From NCBI GenBank assembly GCA_964577555.1, contig CAZNZM010000003.1, positions 74,047 to 106,046 of the forward strand: a stretch of DNA of 32,000 nt. The letters run 5' to 3'. The notes beneath the pieces were generated by a model. It saw only the letters and a program-made list of their open reading frames with translations. It had not been told where the DNA came from and ran no database searches. This stretch comes from an uncultured archaeon. GTDB taxonomy: Archaea; Iainarchaeota; Iainarchaeia; Iainarchaeales; Iainarchaeaceae. Made by a program: the position numbers and the translations under genes. This document shows, one piece after another, positions 5,963 to 13,861 of this stretch (its first letter is position 1; each line of letters starts with the position of its first letter).

Positions 5963-8755
5963 ATGGAAAAGAAGTCACTTTTTACGGTAATTGCATTTAT
6001 AATTTTTGGAGCGATTTTTAGCTCTAATAGTTTTGCAACAGTCAATAATCCTCCAACAATTTCTGGGCTTGAAACTGTAATAACTCTAATAAATGGCGGA
6101 CAAGAACTAGGGATTTTTGACTTGTATGAACTTGCTTCTGATGTGGAAGACGCTGATTCTGATTTGATTTTTGCTATTTTATCTCAAACAAACCAGAGTC
6201 TGGTTAATTGCTATATTGACACTAATAGATATGTTAGTTGTGATGCCCCTGCAAGGAATCGTGTAGGAAAAAACACTGTCACAATATCTGTAACAGATAG
6301 TGATGGTGCAACGGTATCTGATTGGTTTGATTATTACGTGTTAGGCGTGCCGGAAAACAATAATCCTCCTGTGTTGGCAGGCATACCTGATTTTCAATTT
6401 CCAGTAAACACAGGTTCAAAGCCGAATCTTGTTGACCTTTGGAGTTATGCTGCAGACGTTGAAGATAGCGATGGCAATCTGACTTTTACAATATTGCAAC
6501 AAACAAATTTTGAATTAATGCCGTGTATAATTAATTCTAATAGATATGTGTCGTGCAATCAGCCTGCCAGAAATCAGTCAGGCACAAACACAATCACAAT
6601 ATTGGTCAGGGATAGGAATGATGAATATTCCAGCGATACTTTTGAAATAAGAATAACAAGTAACAATAGCGACAATGCTAATGCCCCAATAATATCCAAC
6701 CTTCCAAACATAAATATTAGAGAAAATTCAGGAAGCAGGGATAGGCTAGTGAATTTGTTTGATTATGTCAGCGACTCGCAAAACACTGATGAACAACTCA
6801 GGTATGAATTAATTAATCAAACCAATCAAAACCTGATAAACTGTTTTATACAATCAAACCAATACATTAGTTGTGATTCTCCAAGACCGAATCAAACAGG
6901 AATAAACACGTTGACTATCAAAGTAACAAATACCAACAATCAATTTGCCACTGCAACACTTGCAGTTTATGTAAATCCTTATACAGGTAACAGAACGCCG
7001 CCTTCAATTTCAGGTTTGGGAACATATGAAATACAAGAAAATTCTTCGGCACAAAATAGAATAATAGATTTGTATCGTTATTCAAGAGACAACGAAGACA
7101 GCGTTTCCCAACTAACTTATAGAATAGTCAGCCAAAGCAACACAAATCTGATTTATTGTAGAATAACCGACAACAGGTATGTAAGTTGTGATGCCCCAAG
7201 GTCAAATTCAAGAGGCACAAGCACCTTATTGATTGAAGTGGAAGACCAAGATGGGCAAAAAGATGATGATATACTTACCATAGAAGTAACATCTGACGGC
7301 ATGGGAATTTGTTCAGACATAAGAATAATAACCGAAACAGTTTATATGAACGAAGATGACGTAGAAAATGTGACTTTCAAAATAATGAACAGGGGGCAAG
7401 CTGATTTTATTATTCAAGAAGTCCAAACAAGCGATGACAGCCAATACATGAGAATAACCGATACGCAATATGATGACATAGTTGAAGCCGACGACGAAAT
7501 TGATTTGGATTTGGAAATAGAAACCGAGAGATCTACAATTAGCAGGGACGCTATAGGCTATATACAAATAAGTGGCAGGTTTGATAATGGGGCTACTTGT
7601 TCGTTCAATGACATAGGACAAGCAAGTTTCAGGGTAAGAATTAATTCTGGATCAAGCAACAGTTCAAGTGCGTGTTCAGACATAGAACTTGAAGTTATGG
7701 ATGTGGAAATACCTGAAAACAGGGTAACTTCACAAGAATTCGTTATTTTTAACAATAGCACCAGAGACTTTGACATAACCAATGTAGAAGTAAGCGAATC
7801 AAGTTCATATTTTAGTGCAAACGTAATAGATGAACCAAGTTCGGTTGATTCCGATGAAAGCGAAAAAATAATAGTTTCATTTGACGCAAGGCAGGTTTCG
7901 GGCGATAGAACAGATACTGCAAGATTGAGGGTTTCAGGAAGGTTCAGCAATGGAAGAACATGTGTTCTCAGCAGCATAAGTGAATCATTTGATGTAACAA
8001 TCAAAGATTCGTCTTCAACAACGCCACAAGAAAACATGGATGCTGTCTTATTCAGCACAACACCACAATTAGTTGCATTAAAGGTTGGCGAATCAAAATC
8101 GGTTTTAATCAATATAATTAACAACACCGGCCTGAATCAGTGTTTTTCATTCAGCGCTTCAGGCAATAATGTGTTTTCCGCGGAAAGCACTAAAACGACT
8201 TTCTGCTTGCAGAATAATCAAAGCGATTCAATAATAGTAAAATTGATTGGAAAAAAACAAGGAAATGGAACCTTGCTGACAACACTTGCTTACGCTGACA
8301 AAATAAAGGAAAAGCCTGTTTTGGTTGAAGTGCAAGGAACTACAAGCCAGGCTGAACAAATTTTGATAAATATTTCAGCACCTGCTGAAATATCCGGAAG
8401 TGGAAAAATAACAATTCAAAATACCGGCAAATCCCTAAAAAATGTTAAAATAACGGCTTATAATCTTCCAGAAGGCGTACAAGCTCAATCATTAACAAAA
8501 AATGCTTTTGCAACAGGCGAAAAATTGGAGGTTGAAGTAAAAACAAATTTCAACGGCAAAGCCGAAGGTGTAATAAGAATTGAATCGGATGAGGGAATAA
8601 AAAATATTCCTGTTTCATTTGAATCAAAAGCGTCACAAACAAGCGCAGGAACCGGTTTGCTGAATTTGGCAGTAATGGCAGGAACAGGAATTGTTCTGTT
8701 GGTAATACTTGGGCTTGCAATATTGGGAATAATAAATGTAATAAGAAGAAATTAA
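5963..8755 (+). CDS. Large secreted, C-terminally membrane-anchored surface protein: signal peptide, 4 tandem cadherin-like about 105-aa repeats, 2 about 121-aa repeats, Ig-like domains, TM anchor
   Basis: The ORF track gives 5954..8755 from a GTG. I prefer the ATG at 5963 because AGGTGG lies 5-6 nt upstream. Signal peptide MEKKSLFTVIAFIIFGAIFSSNSFA. C-terminus AGTGLLNLAVMAGTGIVLLVILGLAILGIINVIRRN. Acidic, Asn/Ser/Thr-rich beta-type composition. Confidence 0.85.
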   Translation: MEKKSLFTVIAFIIFGAIFSSNSFATVNNPPTISGLETVITLINGGQELGIFDLYELASDVEDADSDLIFAILSQTNQSLVNCYIDTNRYVSCDAPARNRVGKNTVTISVTDSDGATVSDWFDYYVLGVPENNNPPVLAGIPDFQFPVNTGSKPNLVDLWSYAADVEDSDGNLTFTILQQTNFELMPCIINSNRYVSCNQPARNQSGTNTITILVRDRNDEYSSDTFEIRITSNNSDNANAPIISNLPNINIRENSGSRDRLVNLFDYVSDSQNTDEQLRYELINQTNQNLINCFIQSNQYISCDSPRPNQTGINTLTIKVTNTNNQFATATLAVYVNPYTGNRTPPSISGLGTYEIQENSSAQNRIIDLYRYSRDNEDSVSQLTYRIVSQSNTNLIYCRITDNRYVSCDAPRSNSRGTSTLLIEVEDQDGQKDDDILTIEVTSDGMGICSDIRIITETVYMNEDDVENVTFKIMNRGQADFIIQEVQTSDDSQYMRITDTQYDDIVEADDEIDLDLEIETERSTISRDAIGYIQISGRFDNGATCSFNDIGQASFRVRINSGSSNSSSACSDIELEVMDVEIPENRVTSQEFVIFNNSTRDFDITNVEVSESSSYFSANVIDEPSSVDSDESEKIIVSFDARQVSGDRTDTARLRVSGRFSNGRTCVLSSISESFDVTIKDSSSTTPQENMDAVLFSTTPQLVALKVGESKSVLINIINNTGLNQCFSFSASGNNVFSAESTKTTFCLQNNQSDSIIVKLIGKKQGNGTLLTTLAYADKIKEKPVLVEVQGTTSQAEQILINISAPAEISGSGKITIQNTGKSLKNVKITAYNLPEGVQAQSLTKNAFATGEKLEVEVKTNFNGKAEGVIRIESDEGIKNIPVSFESKASQTSAGTGLLNLAVMAGTGIVLLVILGLAILGIINVIRRN
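6044..7300 (+). repeat. Four tandem coding repeats (312-318 nt, about 105 aa each) of a cadherin-like domain with a conserved Cys pair
   Basis: Units start at 6044, 6356, 6674 and 6989. Shared pattern: NNPP-x-ISG(L/I)-x13-(I/V)-(D/N)-L-x2-Y-x2-D-x-ED-x4-L-x-(F/Y)-x-I-x2-Q(T/S)N-x2-L-(I/V)-x-C-x-I-x2-N-(R/Q)-Y-(V/I)-S-C-(D/N)-x-P-x2-N-x2-G-x-(N/S)-T-(I/L/V)-T-I-x-V. A fifth copy is at the N-terminus of the 711-aa protein (about 9673-9966). Confidence 0.85.
7310..8020 (+). repeat. Two tandem about 121-aa coding repeats (C-S-D-I ... SGRF-x-NG-x-TC)
   Basis: Both units begin with the identical 12-mer TGTTCAGACATA (7310 and 7673). Both contain (I/V)SGRF(D/S)NG(A/R)TC about 85 aa later. Confidence 0.75.
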
Positions 8756-8809
8756 GGCGTAATTAAGGCGTTGATTAAAAATATTGAATCAAGTAATAAG
8801 TGATATTTT

Positions 8810-9607
8810 ATGGGAATAAAGCCACTGATAGCAATAATGACGATATTGCTTGCAAGCATAGCAGCAAGCCAAATTGTTGGATTTCAAGATACAATCTCTA
8901 TAGGTGAAACTCCTTACGAATACATATTTCATGTAATAAACAATTCTAATGAACAAAAACCATTATTGATTGAATATCATTTTCCTGTAAAATATGAAAA
9001 AATAAGCCAACCTGTTTTTATAGAGCCACAAACCCAAGAACAAATAAAAATCAAAATTTATCCTTCAAAAAAACTTGAAGGTTCAACATATGTAGGCACA
9101 ATAAAAGTCCAAATAGGCAGCGAGTTCGCAGAAAAAAATCTTATAATGGAATTCAAAAAAGAAAACAAGTGCACGATAAAGCCAGAGGCAGAGTTTGATA
9201 GTTCAGGCAGCGTAAAACTAAAATTGGTAAATCCATCTTATAATCAAAAGTCAATTGAATTAAAATCCATTAAAGGCCCAAATGATTGGGAGATAATTGG
9301 TGACAAAAATTTTATAATAAACCCGAACGAAATCAAAGAAACAAGCACAAAAATAAAAATGAAAACAACTTATTCAGGTTCTGTTGTATTTGTATTCTCA
9401 TGCCACAACGAAGAAATATTAGCAGAAGCCAAAATAGAGCACTTTGAAAAAGATGTTTTGCAACAAATTACTGGGTTGTTTACTGCAAGCCAATTCAAAA
9501 TTGATGCCACGTCTCTTGCAATTAATTTGCTATTAGGCATAGTGGCTGCAATACTTTTATTGGCTTTCATAGCAAGGTTAACAAAGTTTTATATGGTGAA
9601 AAAATGA
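8810..9607 (+). CDS. Secreted protein with C-terminal TM anchor (function unknown; beta-rich, Ig-like)
   Basis: 265 aa. Signal peptide MGIKPLIAIMTILLASIAASQ. C-terminus ITGLFTASQFKIDATSLAINLLLGIVAAILLLAFIARLTKFYMVKK. Its stop overlaps the next start (ATGA at 9604-9607). Confidence 0.75.
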   Translation: MGIKPLIAIMTILLASIAASQIVGFQDTISIGETPYEYIFHVINNSNEQKPLLIEYHFPVKYEKISQPVFIEPQTQEQIKIKIYPSKKLEGSTYVGTIKVQIGSEFAEKNLIMEFKKENKCTIKPEAEFDSSGSVKLKLVNPSYNQKSIELKSIKGPNDWEIIGDKNFIINPNEIKETSTKIKMKTTYSGSVVFVFSCHNEEILAEAKIEHFEKDVLQQITGLFTASQFKIDATSLAINLLLGIVAAILLLAFIARLTKFYMVKK

Positions 9608-11739
9608 AAACCCTAAATGCAATCCTGTTAATAGTTTTGTCAATATTTTCCTGTAGCTTTGTGCAATCCTCGAATAATCCTATATTTGAAGGGATTCCTG
9701 ATATTTCAATATATGAAAACTCCGGCAAATTGCAAAAAATAATTAATCTCAATCAATATGCGACAGGAGAAGAAATAAACCCTCTAAATTATGAAATAAC
9801 AAGACAAACAAACAATAACCTTATAGATTGTTTTATTGAGGAAAACATATTCGTAACGTGCAATGCACCACAAAAAGATTCAATAGGAATGTCTTCAATA
9901 ACCATAAAAGCCACTGATAGTAATGGAGCTTCAAAAGAGGATACTTTCAACATAGTAATATCAAAAAGATTGGAGCCTAAAGAAACAATTGTTGTTCTTG
10001 AAAGAAAAAAGGTAAGCTTGGCTCCAGGCACTTCAATAGCAATAATGTTTGAGGCTACAAACAATACTGGCGAAAAAGAATGCTATGAAATAAATTCAAA
10101 ATTGCCTAATGAAGACTTGACAGAAGTAGAAATAAAACCTGCAAAAAATCAATTTTGCATTGAAGATAAACAAACAATCCAATTTTCAATTTTCATAAGC
10201 GCGTTTGAAAGCGCAAGAACAAAAACTTATTATCCTACTTTTAACATAATTTCTTCCAAAGGACCAACAATAACACAAAACCTTGAAGTGGATGTATCAA
10301 ATACTAGCAACTTTTTAAGCATTGAAAGAGCAAGCGGTTATTTTGTATGTAAAAATCCGTATAAACAGAAAATACAATTGGATTTTCAAAACAACATTGG
10401 AAACGATGCAGGTTCAAGCCAGGAATTCAATTTGTCAGCAAGCAATCCTGTTCTTCTTCCTGAATTTGAGTATCCTAAAATAAGTTTAAGGCCAAGCGAA
10501 CAAGTGGGAATTGGGCTTATGATAAACACAAATCCTGGAACTGCATTTGGAGAATATGCAATAAAAATAACTGCTGAAAACAAAGATTACAAAATAAAAA
10601 GGGAAATAAAAATCAATTTGATTGAATGCGAAGAAGACATAATTGATGTCTATATAAATCCTGAAATAATGGATTTGAAGAAAGGGCAACAAAAAACTGC
10701 AATAATAACCATTTTCAATAAAAGCAAAGAAGAACAGGAAGTATTTGTTAATTCGGAAGGGGATTTGGAAAATAAAGTTGAATCTGTTTTTATAAAATTA
10801 AAACCGCAAGAACAAAAGAAAATAAATTTGGATATAAAAGCAAGGGAACAGGACGAAAAAGGAGAGTATGATTTGATTGTTTATGTTTGGAATTCAAAAG
10901 AAAGTGAAAAGAAAAAAATACAAGTGAATGTTCGTGCAGAGCACAATATAGAATTGGAAATATCTGGCAATGACTATCAAAGAAATATGATTGTTCAAGG
11001 GGAAAACAAAGTATTTGAGTTGACAATTTACAATTATGGGGATTATGAAGAAACAATTAAAGCTTCAGTAAAAGAATTTGGCGGGATAAAAGCAAAACTC
11101 TCGGAAGAAAACTTTAAAATCAAAAAAAACAGCAGCAAAAAAATATATGTTGCAATTACCCCTGGTTATGAAGTTGTTCCAGGAAATTATGAAGTGCCAA
11201 TAACAGCAAGGTCTGATAGTGATGGCGCCAGTCAAAATCTCAAAATAACGATTGTTAAAGCAATGCAAAAAATTGATTTGGATATTGTATCTTATCCTTT
11301 GCAAATAGAAGCGGTTCAAGGGCAAGAAAAGGAAATAAGCCTTGTAATAAAAAACAATTTGCCAAGCGAAGTAAAAAATGTAATAATTTCCATCGCAGAA
11401 AATGGAAAATATTTTATAATGCAGCCAGTGGCAATTGAAAGGCTTAATGGATTTGAATCAGTTGAAATTAAGGCTGGAATACAACCAATTGAAAGCCTTG
11501 AAGATGGAGTTTATCCTGTTAAAATAGAAATAATTTCAAATAATTTTAAAAAAAGCCAAGAAATGGTAATTAAAGTGGAAAGAGAAAAAATTTCGCAAAA
11601 ATTGGCTACTCCTGCAACAGGGCTTTTCAGCCTGACAAGTGGTGGCATAATATTGTCGGCGATAATAGTTTTGATAATAGCAATCCTTGCAGGAATAGGC
11701 GCCAATAAACTTATGCAGGGAAAACCGAATACAACGTGA
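9604..11739 (+). CDS. Secreted, C-terminally anchored surface protein: one cadherin-like repeat plus several COG1470/NEW3-like (CARDB-type) beta-sandwich domains
   Basis: 711 aa with signal peptide MKTLNAILLIVLSIFSCSFVQS. Segments such as AFGEYAIKITAENKDYKIKREIKINL and VPGNYEVPITARSDSDGASQNLKITIVK resemble the (P)G-x-Y-x-(I/V)-x-(I/V)-x-A motif of archaeal COG1470-type envelope proteins. C-terminus ATPATGLFSLTSGGIILSAIIVLIIAILAGIGANKLMQGK. GGTGA SD before the ATG. Confidence 0.85.
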   Translation: MKTLNAILLIVLSIFSCSFVQSSNNPIFEGIPDISIYENSGKLQKIINLNQYATGEEINPLNYEITRQTNNNLIDCFIEENIFVTCNAPQKDSIGMSSITIKATDSNGASKEDTFNIVISKRLEPKETIVVLERKKVSLAPGTSIAIMFEATNNTGEKECYEINSKLPNEDLTEVEIKPAKNQFCIEDKQTIQFSIFISAFESARTKTYYPTFNIISSKGPTITQNLEVDVSNTSNFLSIERASGYFVCKNPYKQKIQLDFQNNIGNDAGSSQEFNLSASNPVLLPEFEYPKISLRPSEQVGIGLMINTNPGTAFGEYAIKITAENKDYKIKREIKINLIECEEDIIDVYINPEIMDLKKGQQKTAIITIFNKSKEEQEVFVNSEGDLENKVESVFIKLKPQEQKKINLDIKAREQDEKGEYDLIVYVWNSKESEKKKIQVNVRAEHNIELEISGNDYQRNMIVQGENKVFELTIYNYGDYEETIKASVKEFGGIKAKLSEENFKIKKNSSKKIYVAITPGYEVVPGNYEVPITARSDSDGASQNLKITIVKAMQKIDLDIVSYPLQIEAVQGQEKEISLVIKNNLPSEVKNVIISIAENGKYFIMQPVAIERLNGFESVEIKAGIQPIESLEDGVYPVKIEIISNNFKKSQEMVIKVEREKISQKLATPATGLFSLTSGGIILSAIIVLIIAILAGIGANKLMQGKPNTT

Positions 11740-13145
11740 AAAATATGCGAAAAAATTTTTTTTCCTTGATAATAATGTTGCTTTTATTAGGGTTTGCTAA
11801 TTCAGAATATTTTGAAGGAAATTGCACAATATCTTTGCAGCCATGTGAAATAACAAGCTTTAAAATTCAAATCTGCAATGATACAAAAGAAAGCAAGGAA
11901 TACAATCCATTCATAATAGGTAATTCAAGTTGGGTTAAAACAGTGCCTGAATCTTTGAATGTGATGCCTGGTGCTTGCGGTAAAATAACAATATTTGCAA
12001 CTCCAAGTTGTTTGGTAAAAAAAGGAGAATATGATTTTGAAGTTGGTGTTAAAGAAATTGAAAGTGTAAAAAAAACTTGTAAACTTAACATTTTAAGTAA
12101 TTCTGCGCCAAAAATTTCAATTCAACCAAGTTACTTGTTTGCAAATAAATGTGGTAATGCGAACTTTTTGATTAACTTGAAAAACAACGAAAGCAAAATT
12201 TCAAGAGTATTGATTGTTTTGCAGACAAATCCTGAAAATATTGTTGGGTTTCCAAGCCAGGAAGTGCTTTTGCGTGGAAACGAAGAAAAAAGCATTCCTG
12301 TGAATTTGGCAATACCTTGTGAAACGCAATTGAAAGAGTTGAATTTTAATGCAACAGCGGTATTGCAGAACAATCAAAAGAGCATTGCTGTTTCATTGAT
12401 AAAAATTTTGGAAGAACATCAAATTGACAGAGAACAAAGCGTTGAAAGCCGAAATATTAACAATGGTTTTGAAGAAGGGGAGTCATCATACAATATTAAT
12501 GCCTTTGAAATCAATCAATTTTTTGAACCTGGAATTGAAATATCAAAAACAGATTTTGTGGAAAAAATTTGTTTAGGAGAAGATAACTTTGTGGATTTAA
12601 TTGTGCATAATAAAACTTCTCAAACATTTGTTGGAAATGTTCGCATAAAAGGCGGCGAAGCTGTTGTGGCAAAAGACACTATTGAAATAAATCCTGGTTC
12701 TAATTCTGAAATAAGATTAATAGTAAATCCGAAAATCACTAGTCATAAAAAATTGCCGTTTAAGAAAAATTTGACAATTGTATTGTCTTCGGGTTATGTA
12801 AGAATAGAAAAGGATTTTACTTTTGATTTTTTGAATTGTTATGTGGGAAGTGAAGGCGTATCAGTTGAAAATTCCCGAGAAGAAGTAAATAAAATTGACT
12901 ATGGGTTAATTAAAGATAATAACGGGCAATCAAACAATGTTGGTGACAAAAATTTGTTTGACGCTAACAAGTTGCAAGGCTTTGACAAAAACTCTAATGT
13001 ACAAAAATTGTTGACTGATGCAATGGCTAATTTGGTAAATAAAACTTTTGGCTTTGCTTCAAAACCTGTTTATTTTTTTGCATTTCTCATTGTGATAACA
13101 ATTGTGGTTATTTTTGTTTCAATTTATAGAAAAATCAATGAATAA
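11736..13145 (+). CDS. Secreted, C-terminally anchored protein (unknown; beta-sandwich-like domains)
   Basis: 469 aa. The GTG at 11736 overlaps the upstream TGA; an alternative ATG at 11745 gives MRKNFFSLIIMLLLLGFANS as signal peptide. C-terminal TM plus basic tail: KPVYFFAFLIVITIVVIFVSIYRKINE. Confidence 0.8.
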   Translation: MKNMRKNFFSLIIMLLLLGFANSEYFEGNCTISLQPCEITSFKIQICNDTKESKEYNPFIIGNSSWVKTVPESLNVMPGACGKITIFATPSCLVKKGEYDFEVGVKEIESVKKTCKLNILSNSAPKISIQPSYLFANKCGNANFLINLKNNESKISRVLIVLQTNPENIVGFPSQEVLLRGNEEKSIPVNLAIPCETQLKELNFNATAVLQNNQKSIAVSLIKILEEHQIDREQSVESRNINNGFEEGESSYNINAFEINQFFEPGIEISKTDFVEKICLGEDNFVDLIVHNKTSQTFVGNVRIKGGEAVVAKDTIEINPGSNSEIRLIVNPKITSHKKLPFKKNLTIVLSSGYVRIEKDFTFDFLNCYVGSEGVSVENSREEVNKIDYGLIKDNNGQSNNVGDKNLFDANKLQGFDKNSNVQKLLTDAMANLVNKTFGFASKPVYFFAFLIVITIVVIFVSIYRKINE

Positions 13146-13219
13146 ATTATTTTGAAATCTTTTGGCAGACATGGTAAAATTAGTTAGATTGGCCGAATAT
13201 TTTGTTTGCTTGTTTGTCT

Positions 13220-13240
13220 TGCCAAAAATTTGGCATTTTT
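13220..13240 (+). terminator. Hairpin plus T5, candidate terminator of the surface-protein operon
   Basis: TGCCAAA-AA-TTTGGCA followed by TTTTT, about 75 nt after the stop at 13145. Archaeal termination mainly needs oligo-T, so this call is weak. Confidence 0.3.
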
Positions 13241-13305
13241 GCACCCTAAAACAAGAAGTCATTTTCATAAAAAAGTTTTTTTTCATGGCTTGCGGCAATG
13301 AAAAG

Positions 13306-13314
13306 ATATTTAAA
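13306..13314 (+). promoter_or_regulatory. Candidate TATA box (ATATTTAAA, preceded by AAAAG) for the downstream ncRNA
   Basis: Read directly. It places a transcription start near 13335-13340, just upstream of the GC-rich structured segment. Confidence 0.35.
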
Positions 13315-13339
13315 CAATAAGTATGATTTTAGTTAATTG

Positions 13340-13445
13340 TATTGGGAGTTAAGGGGGTAAGCTATACTGCCATGGGTTGTTGAAATCCAGCTCCGGACGG
13401 GAAACGGAGTCGGCAGATCCCTGGCTTACCTCTTGCATTTTTTTT
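13340..13445 (+). ncRNA. Candidate structured small RNA of unknown class (about 95 nt) ending in a T8 terminator
   Basis: The core 13353-13432 is about 57% G+C in a roughly 33% G+C context. Nested helices read by eye: P1 GGTAAGC 13356-62 / GCTTACC 13424-30 (extendable by G.U and G-C); P2 CTGCC 13367-71 / GGCAG 13412-16; hairpin TGGGT 13373-77 / ATCCA 13385-89; hairpin CTCCG 13391-95 / CGGAG 13405-09. T8 at 13438-13445. There is no ORF. Confidence 0.45.
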
Positions 13446-13526
13446 GTTAATCGCTAATTTTTTGATTTATTAAATTTTTTGCATGTTTTTTTTATATGTG
13501 GTTTAAATTTGTTAAAAGCTTTTTGA

Positions 13527-13643
13527 GCGGAGATGGCTGAGTGGTCCAAAGCGCACGCCTGGAATGCAATTTTAAAAATTTGTGAGATTGCCTTGTCAGC
13601 GTGTTCCCGAAAGGGAGCATGGGTTCGAATCCCATTCTCCGCG
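13527..13643 (+). tRNA. tRNA-Ser (anticodon GGA), class II with long variable arm and a 33-nt canonical intron (13565-13597)
   Basis: Acceptor GCGGAGA / TCTCCGC. T arm ATGGG-TTCGAAT-CCCAT. Variable arm TCCC-GAAA-GGGA. Anticodon stem CACGC / GCGTG, with spliced loop CTGGAAA. The intron forms a bulge-helix-bulge motif (see findings). CCA is not encoded. Confidence 0.85.
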
Positions 13644-13861
13644 TTTGTTTTTATATAAAAGCAAATTGTCGAATCATATATAATAGTTGTAGTGTCTGTT
13701 TTTTGTGGCATGAATGCTTTCAAAGATTTTTAAAGCTTGTAAGCAAAAAATGGTAAAGCTAATTAATTTCTGAGGTTTTGATTTTGGCAGGTCTTAGATT
13801 ATTTTTTTGTTCGTATTTTGGAAAATATGCAAAACGAAATTATTAATAATAGTTAAATGAT

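Noticed and set aside
7558-8127. Long antisense ORFs inside confident genes (7558..8127 -, and also 14534..15049 +, 16261..16950 +, 19586..20062 +, 27705..28121 +)
   Set aside because: Each is fully nested antisense to a longer ORF that has clear motifs or signal-peptide and domain architecture. They show low-complexity or odd composition and no start-site signals.
5963-13145. Diversity-generating retroelement targeting the surface proteins
   Set aside because: DGRs are known in small-genome archaea, but I see no reverse transcriptase ORF and no template/variable repeat pair with adenine-specific differences in this window. The internal repeats are old, divergent domain duplications.
13340-13445. 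Assigning the structured RNA to SRP RNA, 5S rRNA, tRNA, C/D or H/ACA sRNA
   Set aside because: At about 95 nt it is too short for archaeal 7S or RNase P RNA. GAAACGGAG resembles SRP helix 8, but the AGCA/GNAR context is missing. The 5' half of a 5S rRNA is absent. No cloverleaf fits, because the T arm is not adjacent to the acceptor. There are no C/D boxes and no 3' ACA.
13454-13723. 89-aa minus-strand ORF
   Set aside because: It runs straight through the tRNA-Ser gene (13527-13643) on the opposite strand and is an artefact of the GC-rich tRNA sequence.
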